A DNA stretch of 62,967 bases, counting the filler, from Klebsormidium nitens (taxonomy: Eukaryota > Plantae > Klebsormidiophyceae): assembly GCA_000708835.1 (NCBI GenBank). It is 4 parts of 4 records of this genome, joined end to end, with 100 filler letters (N's around TTAATTAATTAA, not from the genome) between each part and the next. Parts side by side here need not be neighbours in the genome. Positions count along the whole stretch, not along the records: positions 24,414 to 47,446 come from DF237881.1; positions 47,547 to 57,014 come from DF238194.1; 2 more parts are not named here. One strand, written 5' to 3'. This document shows, in pieces, positions 36,723 to 49,114 of the stretch. The notes beneath the pieces were generated by a model, which was not told the origin of the DNA, did not search any database, and worked only from the letters and a program-made list of their open reading frames with translations. The position numbers and the translations under genes were made by a program. How positions within the stretch are numbered: position 1 is the first letter of the stretch; each line of letters opens with the position of its first letter.

Positions 36723-39700
36723 ATGCCATTCGTGGCGACCCACAACCTAAACTACGCCTTCACCGTTTCGTCCGTCACATTCAGTTTGCTTCTTTTGTTC
36801 GGGTACCGCCTCGGAAAGGAGGGCCCCCGAATCGCGGGCTTTCGTCTCCTGCTCATCGCGCTCGGGTCCGCGATCGCACTCGCCACCAACCTAGTTATCA
36901 AGCCGTTCTTCGTGGGGGATGAGTTGCACGAAAAGGTCGCCAAGAACTTTGAGAAGGTGAGGGAGAGTTGCTTGAGCGGTCTTGAAGAATTTGGAGAAAT
37001 ACGAGACGGCGAGAAGCGACTGCGTTTGCACGTGGTTGGAAAAACCGACGCGGGCCCACGACCGACCTAGTTGTCACGCCATTCTTTTGATGACGAGGAG
37101 TTGCGCCCTTCTTCGGTGAGAGTTGAGGCGGTGGGGCACGCAAGCAGATTGCGCTGCAAATTTTTTGAGAGGGACCTCGGCCAACGCCCCTGCACGATGT
37201 TTGACTTTTTCACATAACGCCATAGAGTGTTCAAATCCAAACTTCCTGAAGGCGGATTACTCCGTCCTATAGCCGACAAGTGGCAGGCGGTTGCCATGCC
37301 TTGCGTAGTTTGAGGGCCCTGCATTTGTCGACAGGGGACTTGAAGAGCCACGACTCCAAGGATTTTGCCGGTTCGTAACCTCAAACCGGAACCCTCAGAA
37401 AAACTCAACCCCAGTACCAAACCCTCGTTCACAGGTTGCGAGCACTCAGGTGGTCGCGGTCCGCGACTTCGTGGAGGGCCTGCGGCTGGCGCCGCTGCAC
37501 GGGATTGAGGGCACGCAGGACGATGACGTTATGCACCTGGGCTACCGTGACGTCATCCTGTCGCTGGCCGCCGAGAAGACGCTTGGGGAATTTTCGTGTT
37601 ATATCTTTGTTTCCATGTCACGTTATCTGGCGTGCTTAATTCGTGAAATGGAAGATACTGTCTGCGTCTTGCTGGCTGCAAATGGTAGGGGAGACGTTGA
37701 TAGATATTTTGGTGTTGAGCTTCATCAGATTTCCGTTATTGTTGGAAACCCCGGAATTGTAATGCCAAGACACTGAAGGTCGAGATTTTGAACAGAACGT
37801 CACGCTTTATTGGTTAAGGGGAGAAACTGGTCGACGTTTGGCATACTAGTATCGAGGGTGCAGCTCTCAAGGTTGAATTCAATCAAACGACCAAAAGATT
37901 GGGACGCATCAGTACAAGCGACTTCCTACTTCTTACCATACCCCTGCCCTCCATGCATCACACGCACAATTTTTGAGAGCTCAACCACAGCCCTGCCCCT
38001 TATCTGGATAATGTCCAGGCAGGGTGTCTCTCACCTCGCTGGGGCTGCTCTCTTGCCCCGTCGCTAACCCGCTTTCCCCTTCTCGCGGCACCCACCCAAA
38101 TGTTGAGAGGGCCCCGCAGGGGCCGTTGACAGTCTCCCTACTCCTTTCGTGATTATCTACTTGTCTCCAATGAGTCCCTTTCTACCACTGTTCTGACAGT
38201 CATTCGTCGTTCTTCTCCAGCACACGCACACCTCTTGGGAGCCAACCCACGGACCCATTCACACTGCACCACCCTTGGCCTCTCTGCATGAAAGTCTCCA
38301 TCAAGCTGCGGCGGTGCGCGTACGGCTTGATCGCACTGGACGGCTGCCTGCGGTCCGAGATCCAATGTCCGGTGATCGTACGGCAGGTGTTTGCGGACGC
38401 GATGCTCGAAGTGCGGCCGAGGCAGCCGAGGTAAGCTTGACACGTGTCACAGTCTGATAGTGGCATTCTTTTTCAGATTCCAGAGTCCGGTCGTTGTCCA
38501 GCAGATTGTTTTGCGGACGCGATGCTCAAAGTCACGGTCAAGGCTGCCAAGGTGACTCTGTCACAAACTCGTCAGTCGCCGCTTGAAGTCAGAAGGTGGG
38601 ACTTTACCGTTTAAGGTTCAGTAGATTTGTGACAGGTTCTGCAGAGCTCACTCTCAGTCGCAGCCGCGGCTGTCATGGACAGCTTGACACGTGGATAGTC
38701 TGGCAGTAATGTTTTCAATCGGGCTTGATGGATTCACTTGCAAGATTCGTTCAGTTGGTGCTTCCGGTCAAACGCATGGCAGATTCGTGGCTAGCAGCCC
38801 TGAATTGTGTTCTCTCACCCGACCACTTTGGCGACGACGTCGCATGCCTACCAACCAGGAGGCCCATACGTCACATTCTCGACAGATGAATTTATTTTAT
38901 AATGGACGTATCCAGAGCAGAACATTTTATCACCTTTAAGATCAGTCCTGACAATCTTCAAAAGTGCACAGCTTTTCTTTATTGCTTTCCAGGCAGTCCG
39001 CATCCTCGGCAAGAGCATCGCCGACATGAGCAGCTTCGACCGTGCTCAGCTGCTGACACGTGTTGACGCCGCGTGCCTGCGACTGGAGCGGCAGATCCAG
39101 GAACGCGCAGAAACGCTGGTAGTCCCTACGGAAGAAGGCTCGCAGAAAGGATGGTGGCACGATCTCACCGGACTGGGCGAAAATGAAAACGCGGGGAATC
39201 CAGTCCGGGATGGATCGGGAGAAAAGGTGCAAAACGGAGGAGCTCTGGGCTCAAGAGAAGAAGGAAACGGCATCTTGAAGGATGGAAGGGGGGAAGGGTT
39301 GGGAGATCCGGGGTCGAGAACGTCAGAAGAGGGAGGGGAAAGGAGGCTAGTCGACCGAGGGGGCTGGAGTTCAAAAGACGGAACGGGGGCCGATTCACGA
39401 GAGGGCGAAGCCGAGAGCGGCGGACAAGGTATCTTAAAAGCAAATTTGGGCGCCCAATCAATGAAAGGAATAGTTGAAGGCGCTCCGGAAAGTTTGACGG
39501 AAGCTGCTCTTGGTGCTGACGTCATAAGAGAGGCCCAAAAGCAGTGGAACAGCGCCGACGCGTCAGCTTACGGGTCCGTGGAAGGAAGTTCAAAAAGCGC
39601 GGACGATGCGCGGAGCGTTTTCGAAAGTGAATGGGAGGATGTACCGGGGGGGCGGAGCGAGGTGCACGTGGGTGACTTGTGGAAGGACACGTGTCTAAGG

Positions 39701-40234
39701 AAGTTGTGCAAAAGGCGGTGCTCCGAGCGGAGCACGCGTGTGCGGCGCGGCGGTCGGCCTCTGCTGCGGACATTCTCGTGCGAGCGCGCGGACTCTTTGG
39801 GCGTCGAAACCTTCTCGATCCTCGTCGGGGGAACTTTGGACAACGGAGGAAGCGACGTACCTGCACATAACTTGTTTCGTTCTGCAGAATATGCAACGCA
39901 TGCTGACGTTGGCTATCCTTGTAAAGACGTCGAGTCCTCTTTTCAACAGCAAGAGGCTGGCGAAATCATTGAAAGTGCACATCATGACGGGTTGGGTCAG
40001 CGACAACTCAGTGTTGATTTGGACGATGTCGGTGGAGTTGCGGTCCTGCAGTCCGTCACCTTTGCGTGCCTATTGGTTGAGTTTGTTGCCCGGTTGGCGC
40101 CTTTGGCCGGGTCGGTGGAACAGCTGAGCATCAAGGCGGAATTCACGGCGGAAGGCCGGAACGCGGCCAACAGTTCGGACGACAGAACTCGGGAAACAAC
40201 CTTTGTGGGAAAAGGGTTGAAAATCGATGAATGA
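36723..40234 (+). pseudogene. ALMT: Aluminium-activated malate transporter (ALMT) family gene; 5' part not found, frameshifted
   Basis: YAFTVSSVTF...FRLLLIALG...PFFVGDELHEKVAKNF (36723-36956), VASTQ...GYRDVI (from 37435), WEPTHGP/F..HPW...LRRCAY.LIALDGCLRSEIQ (~38221-38430) and the last exon (from 38993) with TFACLLVEFVARL. Apparent +1 near 38255 and -1 near 38413. Confidence 0.85.
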
Positions 40235-42482
40235 ACGGGACACGGAAGACGACCTTATATCAGATTTCCATAGCAAATGTGTTCTACATCGGTGATAGTC
40301 GTGACATCAATTGACCAAAGTCAATTTGTAGAACCTCTTTTTATAGGCGCCGAGCGAGCGCGCTTGGGGGCCACCGTTGATAGACTGAACAGCGTCAGCC
40401 TGGCAGTGCCGGAAAGTTACGATCATTGGTTGATTCTGCTCTGTACGTAATTTTGGAAAATCAGTATGCCTATTTTAGATTTCGACGATAGCCGTAGCGT
40501 GAACGGGCTGACTGCCGATCTCTGTGCGCGGTAGTCTACGAGTACCCCTCGCTGTAGAATTCATATATGAAGCTTATATACTTGCCAGGCCCACTGGTGA
40601 TGTACTATAGTTGTGACCTTAGCAACATGCCGTGGTATTATCAATCAGTATTCACGAATTCTGTCTTAAATCGCGACAACTATATCACATCACCACTGGC
40701 ATGCATGGATATAGCCATGGATACTTCTCTCATAGCCATCGCTGCGTGCATGCATGTGCACGAGTCCTGCATGATGTCAGTAAAGTATAGACGTGATCAT
40801 TTCCGGCATTCTTGAAGCTGCCCATCTGATCGGTTGCTGAATAAAGGATTCAGTCATGATGCTCAAGTCTCTGTGCATTGTCTTGCATGGCGGCGCCTGC
40901 ACGCTGTGGGCCGAAAACCCTGGTCTCTTCACTGCGGTTCGGGAACCATCCTCTTCGAAGCCCACAGGTGGTCGTCGCAACTTCGTTTGTCTGCCTTTGC
41001 TGTAAGTACTGCGGATTCACTTTTTCCTCTCTTCTTCTTCCCTCCGCCTCCGCCTGATGGTTTGCCACCCTGCGACATAACATCAGCGGACATAACTCGA
41101 ATCTCAAACGGACAAAAGACGTCCACTTGACCCGTCGGCAGTATGTTGGCAAGGTAGTTTAGAAATGCACCTTGCTCGTTGACTTAGGGGCTTCGACGAT
41201 AAGCCCGGTGGATTCGGCCTCTTCTGCTCTGTCGTAGGCTGAGGCCAGAACCCCTCGACAGAGACGGTCTGCTTTGAATCAAGATTCGGTTAGGTGGCGA
41301 CCGTGTTTCAGCTGCTCAAACCACGTTTTCGGAGACTGTTCGCACTGGAAAGTTCGATGCCAGATTCAGCAACTTTGACGCCTGGAGCGGGTCGGGCACA
41401 ATCTGGACGTTCACGTGGTTTATCTAGTGCCGGAGTGTTTCCCATCGGAGATTTACCCAGCCGGCTCCGGGCACCCAAGTCAACCCAAACGTCGCGCTGG
41501 CAGCTGCGCCCACTTTCTGAAGTCCTGCAGCTACAGAGGACATGTCTGACAAAAGTTCCGATTGTCTGTCGCTTTTTACTGCTTCGTAATCCCGAGATTA
41601 CAACCCAAAGAAACGTGCGAAGGACTGCGCCGACCAACACGCCAAACCACAGCACAATCTAGTCAACAGCAACGTTAGGACAAGTCGATCTTAATTGTTC
41701 TGACTTCTCTCTCTTTCAAGCGTGGGGTCCACGCACGTGGCAGTGACGTCAATCCTACGGTGCTGAAGATGGCAGCGGCCAACTTCTGGCACCTGGAGGT
41801 ACCGTACCGCGCTTCGTGGGACGAGCGTCCGAGCACTGCGGTGCGGACGCTTCTGGAAAGAAATGCCAAAGGCTGTCCAAGTCTAAGAAGGGACTCGAGA
41901 ATGGCGGATCGCCGTACACCTGCGTCTCGAGCACTGGGAATGGGGCGCATGCTCAACTGAAAGAGAGGGCGCATGAGGGGAGATCTGATACTGGTGGTAA
42001 CGTTCTGGATACTTCTGATCGAGAAGAGGAGTTGAATAAACCGAATTCGGCTGGGGAAGGAAACTTAGAAACTAGACAGCGGAAGGAACAGTATCGGACG
42101 CACGCTATTGAGTTGTCAATACGGGACGCTTTGCATCTAGACTTGACTGCGGACTGCCTGGTTACGAAAGTTCCTTACAATAGGTTCCTTGGAGTTAGCG
42201 AGGGCGATATAGAAAAGCTGGTGCGAAAACTGAGAGACTGCGCCGAGCGTTTTGTGTCCTTTGCGGGAGCGCCTAATTTGCAAGCTAAGTTAGAAAAGGA
42301 GAGTTACGAAGTGATCACAGAGGTAGACATTGGGAGACGAGGTAAACGGTACATGTCGTGGGCTCGCTCAAAGCACCGTTCTTCCACAAAGCATCAAGCT
42401 GCGCTTGGTAGGCAGAGTACGACAGTCTATTGAAAACAGCGGACAATTGTGTATGTTGATGGTTTCTTCTGGCAATCACTAA

Positions 42483-42821
42483 GGGCCTTTGCACACAGAG
42501 CGGGTGTTGTTGGTTTCGAGCGACAGTACAGCAGGGGTCGCGGCGGTACCGTCGCCAAGAAAACACCGAGGGTGTTGTTTGCAATTCGCCGACTCGTACG
42601 GTCATACGTCAAAAACACCGCGGTGTTCCAAATCGTCACCACGCTTTTGAGCGTGGTGACGACGGTGGTGAAGTTTTGCGATGACAATTTGACCGTCGCA
42701 CGGGACCACTTTTGCGTGCGGAAGGTGCCCCCCGAAGTCGCGTCGGCAATTCGGGCAAAACAACACCTTCGGGTTCTCGGCGAATTGTCCAAAACAACAC
42801 CCGCTTTGTGTGCAAAGGCCC
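42483..42821. mobile_element. PIF/Harbinger (Tourist-like) MITE, 339 bp
   Basis: 29-bp TIR GGGCCTTTGCACACAGAGCGGGTGTTGTT / AACAACACCCGCTTTGTGTGCAAAGGCCC (1 mismatch), with TAA target duplication at 42480-82 and 42822-24. Confidence 0.9.
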
Positions 42822-43352
42822 TAAAGCAGGACTGATCGAGGATTTTCTTACATGATGTTGTGGATGATCGAATGCGTGACATTCTTGGGGAGTCTCAAGC
42901 GTAATTCTAAGAAGCTATCCGTGATGGGCCACAATCACGCAGTGCCAAATCTCTGCGGTCAACTCGTCGGACGCTCAGTCTGCTCGAACTCATGTAGCGG
43001 GGTGAGCGTTGCGGTTTATCACAGAATGGATTAAATCTCGCACTCAATCATGCACAGGCTCGATCAGTTGCTGGCAAGCCTGCGAGCTGTTCAGCGATCG
43101 ATGCGATTATGACGCATGCCCTGCATACACATACAGCTAAGTTCATGCAAGTACCGGCACTGCAGCGTTGCAGCTACCGTACTGTGCTGGTCCCCAAATT
43201 ACCGGCCCCCGGCCGCGGGCCGCCGACCGCGCCGCACTGCGCGTATATACTTCCGCATGTGAATGTTGGCTCGTCGAACGTTCTTTATACCATGATTTTA
43301 AATGCTAGTTCAAAGTTGTCTTGAAATCATGCAATTGCAATTGAAGGTCATG

Positions 43353-43799
43353 CCCCGGGTGGGTAGGGCAACTAGGGTCGTAAACCCGGGCAATGTTTTT
43401 GAGATAAAACAATGTTTATCTCGTTAATCCCAATATATTCATGATTGTTTTCAACACGAGCTCGTTGAGAGCTTTCCAAAAACATCCTTGGTTTTAAAAT
43501 CTGGCCCCCCTAGGGATTTATAAACATTGACAAACAAGTTTAAACATCAAATGATGTTTGTACATGTCGTCGGGCGAAGCCACGATTTTCTGAGTGCAAT
43601 AAACTTACAAAACAAACATACTCATTGTTAAAACATGGTTAAAACATGTTTAAACCCAAAAAACATGTTTAAACCATGTTTTTCGTGTCTTTCCGTGTTT
43701 AAACCATGTTTATAACCATGTAGGGACCCACACGTTTCTGGCGGTCCCAGCCGATCACCTGTACGTTTAAAACATGAGTTGCCTACCCGGGGCCCCGGG
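43353..43799. mobile_element. AT-rich MITE-like element with GC-rich imperfect inverted ends
   Basis: Left end CCCCGGGTGGGTAGGGCAACT, right end AGTTGCCTACCCGGGG(CCCCGGG). The interior is rich in AAACATG/CATGTTT. GGTCATG flanks both sides (43346-52, 43800-06). Confidence 0.5.
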
Positions 43800-44758
43800 G
43801 GTCATGGCGGCATCATCTCCATCGTTGTATATGTTGGAGCATTGGGCGGCCGGGCCGGCAGGCCAATGGCATGCAAGTTGCGCATGGCCTAGCCTTTAGT
43901 CATGCAGAATTATCGGCTAGCCTGACAATGGTTGACTCTTAGCTATATACGCATGCAAACGATCATGCATATGCATAGCTGACATAGCTAGCTCACTGGC
44001 TATGTATATTGTATTCTCAGCGCGACCATCGCAATGGCGCGGTTCTATTGGCTTCCCAGTATATATATGTATCTTTCAAGTTACGGTACGCAATTCTAGC
44101 GGCAATTCGAGTCATGTCCCACTGCGAATACTTAAAGATACATTAGATCTCACAAGTAACATTGTTTGAGACGTGAGCCGTTTGCAATTAAGGTCGGACT
44201 TCGTCTATACGACGTCGCTTGAGAGCCCCCATATGCAAACTTATTCGAACTAGCTTGTCAGAAATTTGATCAGGTTCGCGATCATGAAATTCAGGTTTGC
44301 GATCACAAAAATAAAGCCCCAGTCCCAATGCCATGAGCAATTTGAAGATGCTGGTGCGCCGGGGACTCGGCCCGGTCGGTCGAAATCGTGAGACTGATCG
44401 AAGTCAAAGAGTACTATATGAGCTGAGCGGGACCAAAAGAACGACGGACCGCTTTTACTGGCATAGCCATCCATTTCAAATTAACCGTCTCGAGCTGATG
44501 AGACTTCAAAATGCTACACAGCGGACGGCGTTGCCGCTCAAGCTCTTAATTCTCATTGTTTTATTTGTAAGGGTCATTACTCAAGCCCGAATCGGAAGCA
44601 CAACAGACACAAAGACACTCGTAGGTGCACCTATGCAAGCGGCAAAACTAATCCAACGCACAAATTTCTTTCTATATGGTCGCCGACTACATCCTCGTGC
44701 TAGGCTCTTAGATGGTTTGATTAAGCGATAAAATTTACATTGGGTTTCTCGGATCTGG

Positions 44759-47390
44759 TTAAAACCAGATTTTTCTCCGCCAAGCTGCAATCTGAAAGAG
44801 CCCTGGCTGGGGCGTGTCCGCGCTCTTTACAGTGCGACCAAGCCTTTGAGGGTGAGATGCGGAGGTGCCCTGGAATACCTCCCTCAAGTCCATTCTCACC
44901 GGGTGAGACGAGACATGGTAACTGTGCCCGACGTCGATAAGGTTTCCAACACTTGCGCAGTCAACCCGGTCGAAACGGTCTTGCTGGGCTGGGGGCAGAA
45001 ACCCCTCCAGTCTCGGGTCAGCTCCCACTCGGACTTCGGACCAATTAATCCAAGTAGATCCGCGCAACGCCCAATCGTTTGCTGAAAAGTAGAGGGTTAC
45101 CCGGCTGGTAGGGTTGATGTGCCACAGACCCGACTTGAGGCCCCGCCTGAGTGCTTCGACGTCGATGTCAGAAGCAAGGCAAACCACTTGCCTCAGAGCC
45201 TCACGATCCTCAATGGGAAAGTCGCGGGTTAATGCGAGGCCATTCATGAGCAGTTGGTTGCCCATGCTGTGGGCAAATAAATAGATCTCGCGCACCAGGG
45301 GCTCCCCATCCTGTAGACAGAGCGTCACGCTTCAGAGGAAAGGTGCTGACAACGAGCTGCTTCGGAAATTGCAAGCAAGCAGAGCCCCTCACTGGTTCCG
45401 CATCAGATTCTCGTAATATGCAGCTTCAAAAACGTCTTTCGAAGTGGCAGAAGGAAGATGCGTTGACACTGCTACGACTTGATTTCCGTCAGCGGCTTGA
45501 GTCGACAGAGTCAGTCGAATGAAAGCGCTCTCTCGGGTACAAAGTTTCACCAGACACGAGGATCCAGTACCCAATCCAGGTTGCGTCTCTTTACGAGTTG
45601 CTGAGATGATAAAAAAAGCAGAAGCCGTTTGAGGAGTTTGGACAACGGAACCAGAAAAGTAGATTGTTGATTGAAGAAACGGAAAGATAGCCCCAAGGCG
45701 GAATGGATTCGAAGTTCTTCCAAATGAGTCCGCAACACTCAACCTGAGGAATATCCGCCCACTCTCATGGACGGCTTTGACTGCTCTACTTCGAAACAGC
45801 TTTACTTACTGGAAAAGGGATGCCACAAAACCCGGTAGAGGTCCTGCTCAAGGGACGTAAATGCCGCCCAGCAAGCTACCAGAGAACTCTCCGCAGAAGG
45901 GTTCAACGTTGAGAACGGTCGCAAACTAGCGATAGTACTGAAAATTCGAGAAATGAGGACTCACAAGTGGATGTTGTAGAAGCGGGATCACGCCCTTTCC
46001 TAGCGCTCCGACACCGTACGTCTCACTGTCGCCCAGTCCAAGCCGGAAGAAGCTATCCGTCGAGGTGGGTATCTGCCTCGCGTCAATATGGTAGCAAGGG
46101 CGGGCGTTCTTTGACGGCCAATCGCAGACGATACCAAGCAAGTCGTTCTCGGGGCTTACTGCAGCCATGATCCTTGCTGCCATCAAGATGGCCTGGTCGA
46201 AGCCTACACAGTACCCGTGGAAGATAAGGACCACCTTGTCTACATTGAGACGATTCAGGTGCCCCCGCAGGGAGTCGATGATAGTATGCTGGTACTCGAC
46301 TCGAAACGTTTCGGCCCTGCACTGCTCTGGTTGCAGAGCTTGCACTCGCTCTATCTTGACCTTCCTCGCCTTGTCCAACTCAATGGCCTGCTCCGGTAAG
46401 TGCGCGGAGACCCAGCCGCACTCGAACGCTCCGTGCTCCTCTGCCCTCCTCGTGTTTGTATAGTGGGACGAAACTTTCTGCGGGTCCCATTCTGCACTCC
46501 TTGCCCTCTCCGTGAAGTAGAACAGCTGAACATCCCGGGACGCATCCACACGTGAAATTTTACCGTGGAAAGAGAACGCCTCGATATCTCCAGGGCTGGG
46601 CAGGACCGAATACGTTCGCGTCTCTCGAGCGTCCGTGACTCTTCGGCCACTTCCGTCGCCTGCCTCCCTGCTGCCGCCTCCTAAAAGCACGTACCCTGAA
46701 GGAGCTCCGGAGTCAGGTGCTGCCCTCGCATACGGGACAACATTCCCCTTTGGCAGCGGCGTCCCCTTCTTTGAGAGAGCATTTCCCCGCTCTAAGTCGC
46801 CTTGCACCACTTTCAATAGCTCCTCAACAAAGACGCGCGACCGGTTAAGGGCAGAGCTCCGTGCCCAGGACTCCAACGTCTCCCAGAAGGCGACGTCCCC
46901 AGGCTCGTTGCCCAGCTCGCGGGCAACAGACTCGGCGAAATCGTCAACGTACTTTTCTGCCCGTCCCCCTCTCTTGAGGGAAGATCGATAGATGCGGTGC
47001 GCCCACGGCCGTCTCCAGCAGGCTGCCAGCAAGCCCACGCACTGAACATCCCCGTCGATAAGGCATCTCAGCGCCCCCAAGATGTCCTCCGGCTTTTCCG
47101 CCGTCTTGAGAGCTTCCCGTGCCTTTTGCAGGACAGGCCGGATATCCTGGCAGAAGTCGAGCCACGTGGCGGGCATCGAGGCATCGCCCAGATTGCACCC
47201 AGCATCTTGGACGCTGTCTAAAAACAGCTCGTCCGAGTCGTCGTACAGGCAGTGCAGGAAGCCGAGGATAGGCAGGACGCTGAGCTGGAAGTTGCACAGC
47301 GCCGCCGGCCACGAAGGAGGGAATGACTGGATCAGCTCTGGAGAAGGCGGCTCAATGCGCGGCTGCTCAGGAATCTCCACAAACGGCTTG
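44759..47390 (-). CDS. DUF900-family alpha/beta hydrolase with a long N-terminal extension; spliced, 5' end lost in the gap
   Basis: VVLIFHGY, CDWPS, nucleophile elbow IYLFAHSMG, TLYFSANDWAL and GHSYH. A phase-0 intron with donor at 45964 (GTGAGT) and acceptor at 45311 joins HPL|DGEP. Confidence 0.75.
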
Positions 47391-47446
47391 CCTGGAACAT
47401 AAAGGGATCAACGGTCACTAAATTCCTGAGTGATGGGATTCTGGAG

Positions 47447-47546
47447 NNNNNNNNNNNNNNNNNNNNNNNNNNNNNNNNNNNNNNNNNNNNTTAATTAATT
47501 AANNNNNNNNNNNNNNNNNNNNNNNNNNNNNNNNNNNNNNNNNNNN
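47447..47546. other. Assembly gap
   Basis: N run with TTAATTAATTAA linker. Confidence 0.98.
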
Positions 47547-47973
47547 TTTATCCGATGGGGAAATAGGATCGAACCCAATTCCCCTTGCTCCTAAGATACT
47601 CATCAAAATACTCGAACGCTTTGGTTGTCATAACGTACTTCGCAATTGATCTGCCACTTCAATGTGTCCTAAGAGGTTGTCACAAAACTTCGTAATATTA
47701 TCCTTGTGAAATCAGAACTCTTCTTCAAGCACCGCTTCATCGTATATAATGCGTTGCCCTTTGTAGCACACTCCTGGATGTCCCCATCTCATCCAAGCAC
47801 AATGAGAAAGTTGTTTTCTCCATGTCAAAGGCTTTGAAAGAGATGCCTCAAGCTGAATGTGCATGGAGCGTACTCATAATCAAACACAGATCAGAGCGTC
47901 TAGAATCCAACGGACCCCCACATCCACACGGCAAAAAGTCTACTTGTTGATCCCTCTTCAAAACGAGGCCGAA

Positions 47974-49114
47974 TCATGCACAAAGTGTTGGGTGCTTACC
48001 TGCTAGGGTGCTGAGGTTCCTTCTCAGGAAGTTGTGCGGCAGTAGAGTGCGGTCCCGGTACAGCTCCGAGCGATCCGCGTGCAGGGGACGTGCATCCGAA
48101 AAGGCGGCTGCAAGAGGGAAGTCGAGCTTGCCGATGTCCTTCCTCGTCCCCCCCTGTTTGTGACGATCGGCACACTCCGAGCTGTAGCAGTAGTAGGTGT
48201 TTGACAGGCCCCTTCGCAGCAGGCCGAAGTGGTTGCTGACATGAGGGGCATCGCACTGGTTGAGGTACGGGCAGCGGCGCCCCCCTGGGCCAGTCTTGTA
48301 GTCGTACATCACGCCTGTGCCGTCGCGAGAGATCGTGGCCTTGGAGAAAGTCGACGTGCTGTCCCCCCAGGTCGTCAGCATCTCGCGCTGGGCTGCGACA
48401 ACTCGCTTCAGCAAGTCCTCGTCCATAAGCTCAGGGGCATAAAGAGCCGTCGCAGCAGCGGGGACGCTGGTAGCAGGGCTTGCAGGAAGGACGAGGCTTG
48501 GAGGGCGAACGCTCCTGGGAGTATTGCGCCTGTTGACCAGCTTGATGAGCCACTCGTCCATCGGAGGGAGGTCGTGAACGGGCGGCAAACTTGGTCCGCT
48601 CAGGCACTTGTACTCTCGCCGAGTGCCACTGAGGTCGGTGTAGGCGGAAGGTGCAACTATGACACAACCTCCGACGCCGCCGCATGTCGATGCCGACTTT
48701 CTTCCCACCCACCTCCAGACCGGCCCATGTGGTCGGCCTCTCGCTGCCCGATTCCAACCCCACTGCCACCGAGCTGCTCAGCTTGAAGAAGAGGTGAAGC
48801 CCTTTCGTCCCGGTCTCGCATCGAAAGCCGCTAGATACGCCGTGCACTCTCTCTAGCTGTTGCCACGTCTCCATCCCCCCTCCTTTCAGGTCGATGTCGA
48901 CCACGACGACATCCGAGTTTCCACAGTTGATGCTCAAAGCATTCTTGGAAGGCCCGGTTGCTAGGTACTCCTTGCTGTTCTCCGGCGTCAGCGTCTGCCA
49001 GCTTGAGACCGATGGCAAAAACCTCTTCTTCTCTTCGCCCTTCTCGGTTCGGTATGTCTCCAGGCGAGCCGTGAACACTGCGTATCCAGACTCAATGAGC
49101 AGGGGCGCGGCTTC
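47974..49114 (-). pseudogene. Bifunctional DNA primase/polymerase (Prim-Pol, AEP superfamily) with Zn-binding module, frameshifted
   Basis: VVVDID, ETGTKGLHLFF, GIDMR-[+1]-GVGGCVIVAPS...Y...PP...WL, followed by CPYL..C..PH.SN...YYCYSSEC. A single-base frameshift lies near 48678-84. Confidence 0.75.

Noticed and set aside
41816-42433. 205-aa ORF as a transposase for the adjacent MITE
   Set aside because: No DDE or Myb/SANT motifs recognisable; a stop separates it from the MITE-containing frame.
44490-44520. Hammerhead ribozyme core at CTGATGAG
   Set aside because: No stem II followed by GAAA and no matching stems I/III.
47547-47973. UL9/origin-binding or SF3 helicase continuation after Prim-Pol
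   Set aside because: Only faint fragments (e.g. DEMGTSRS) broken by stops; cannot be supported without an HMM search.
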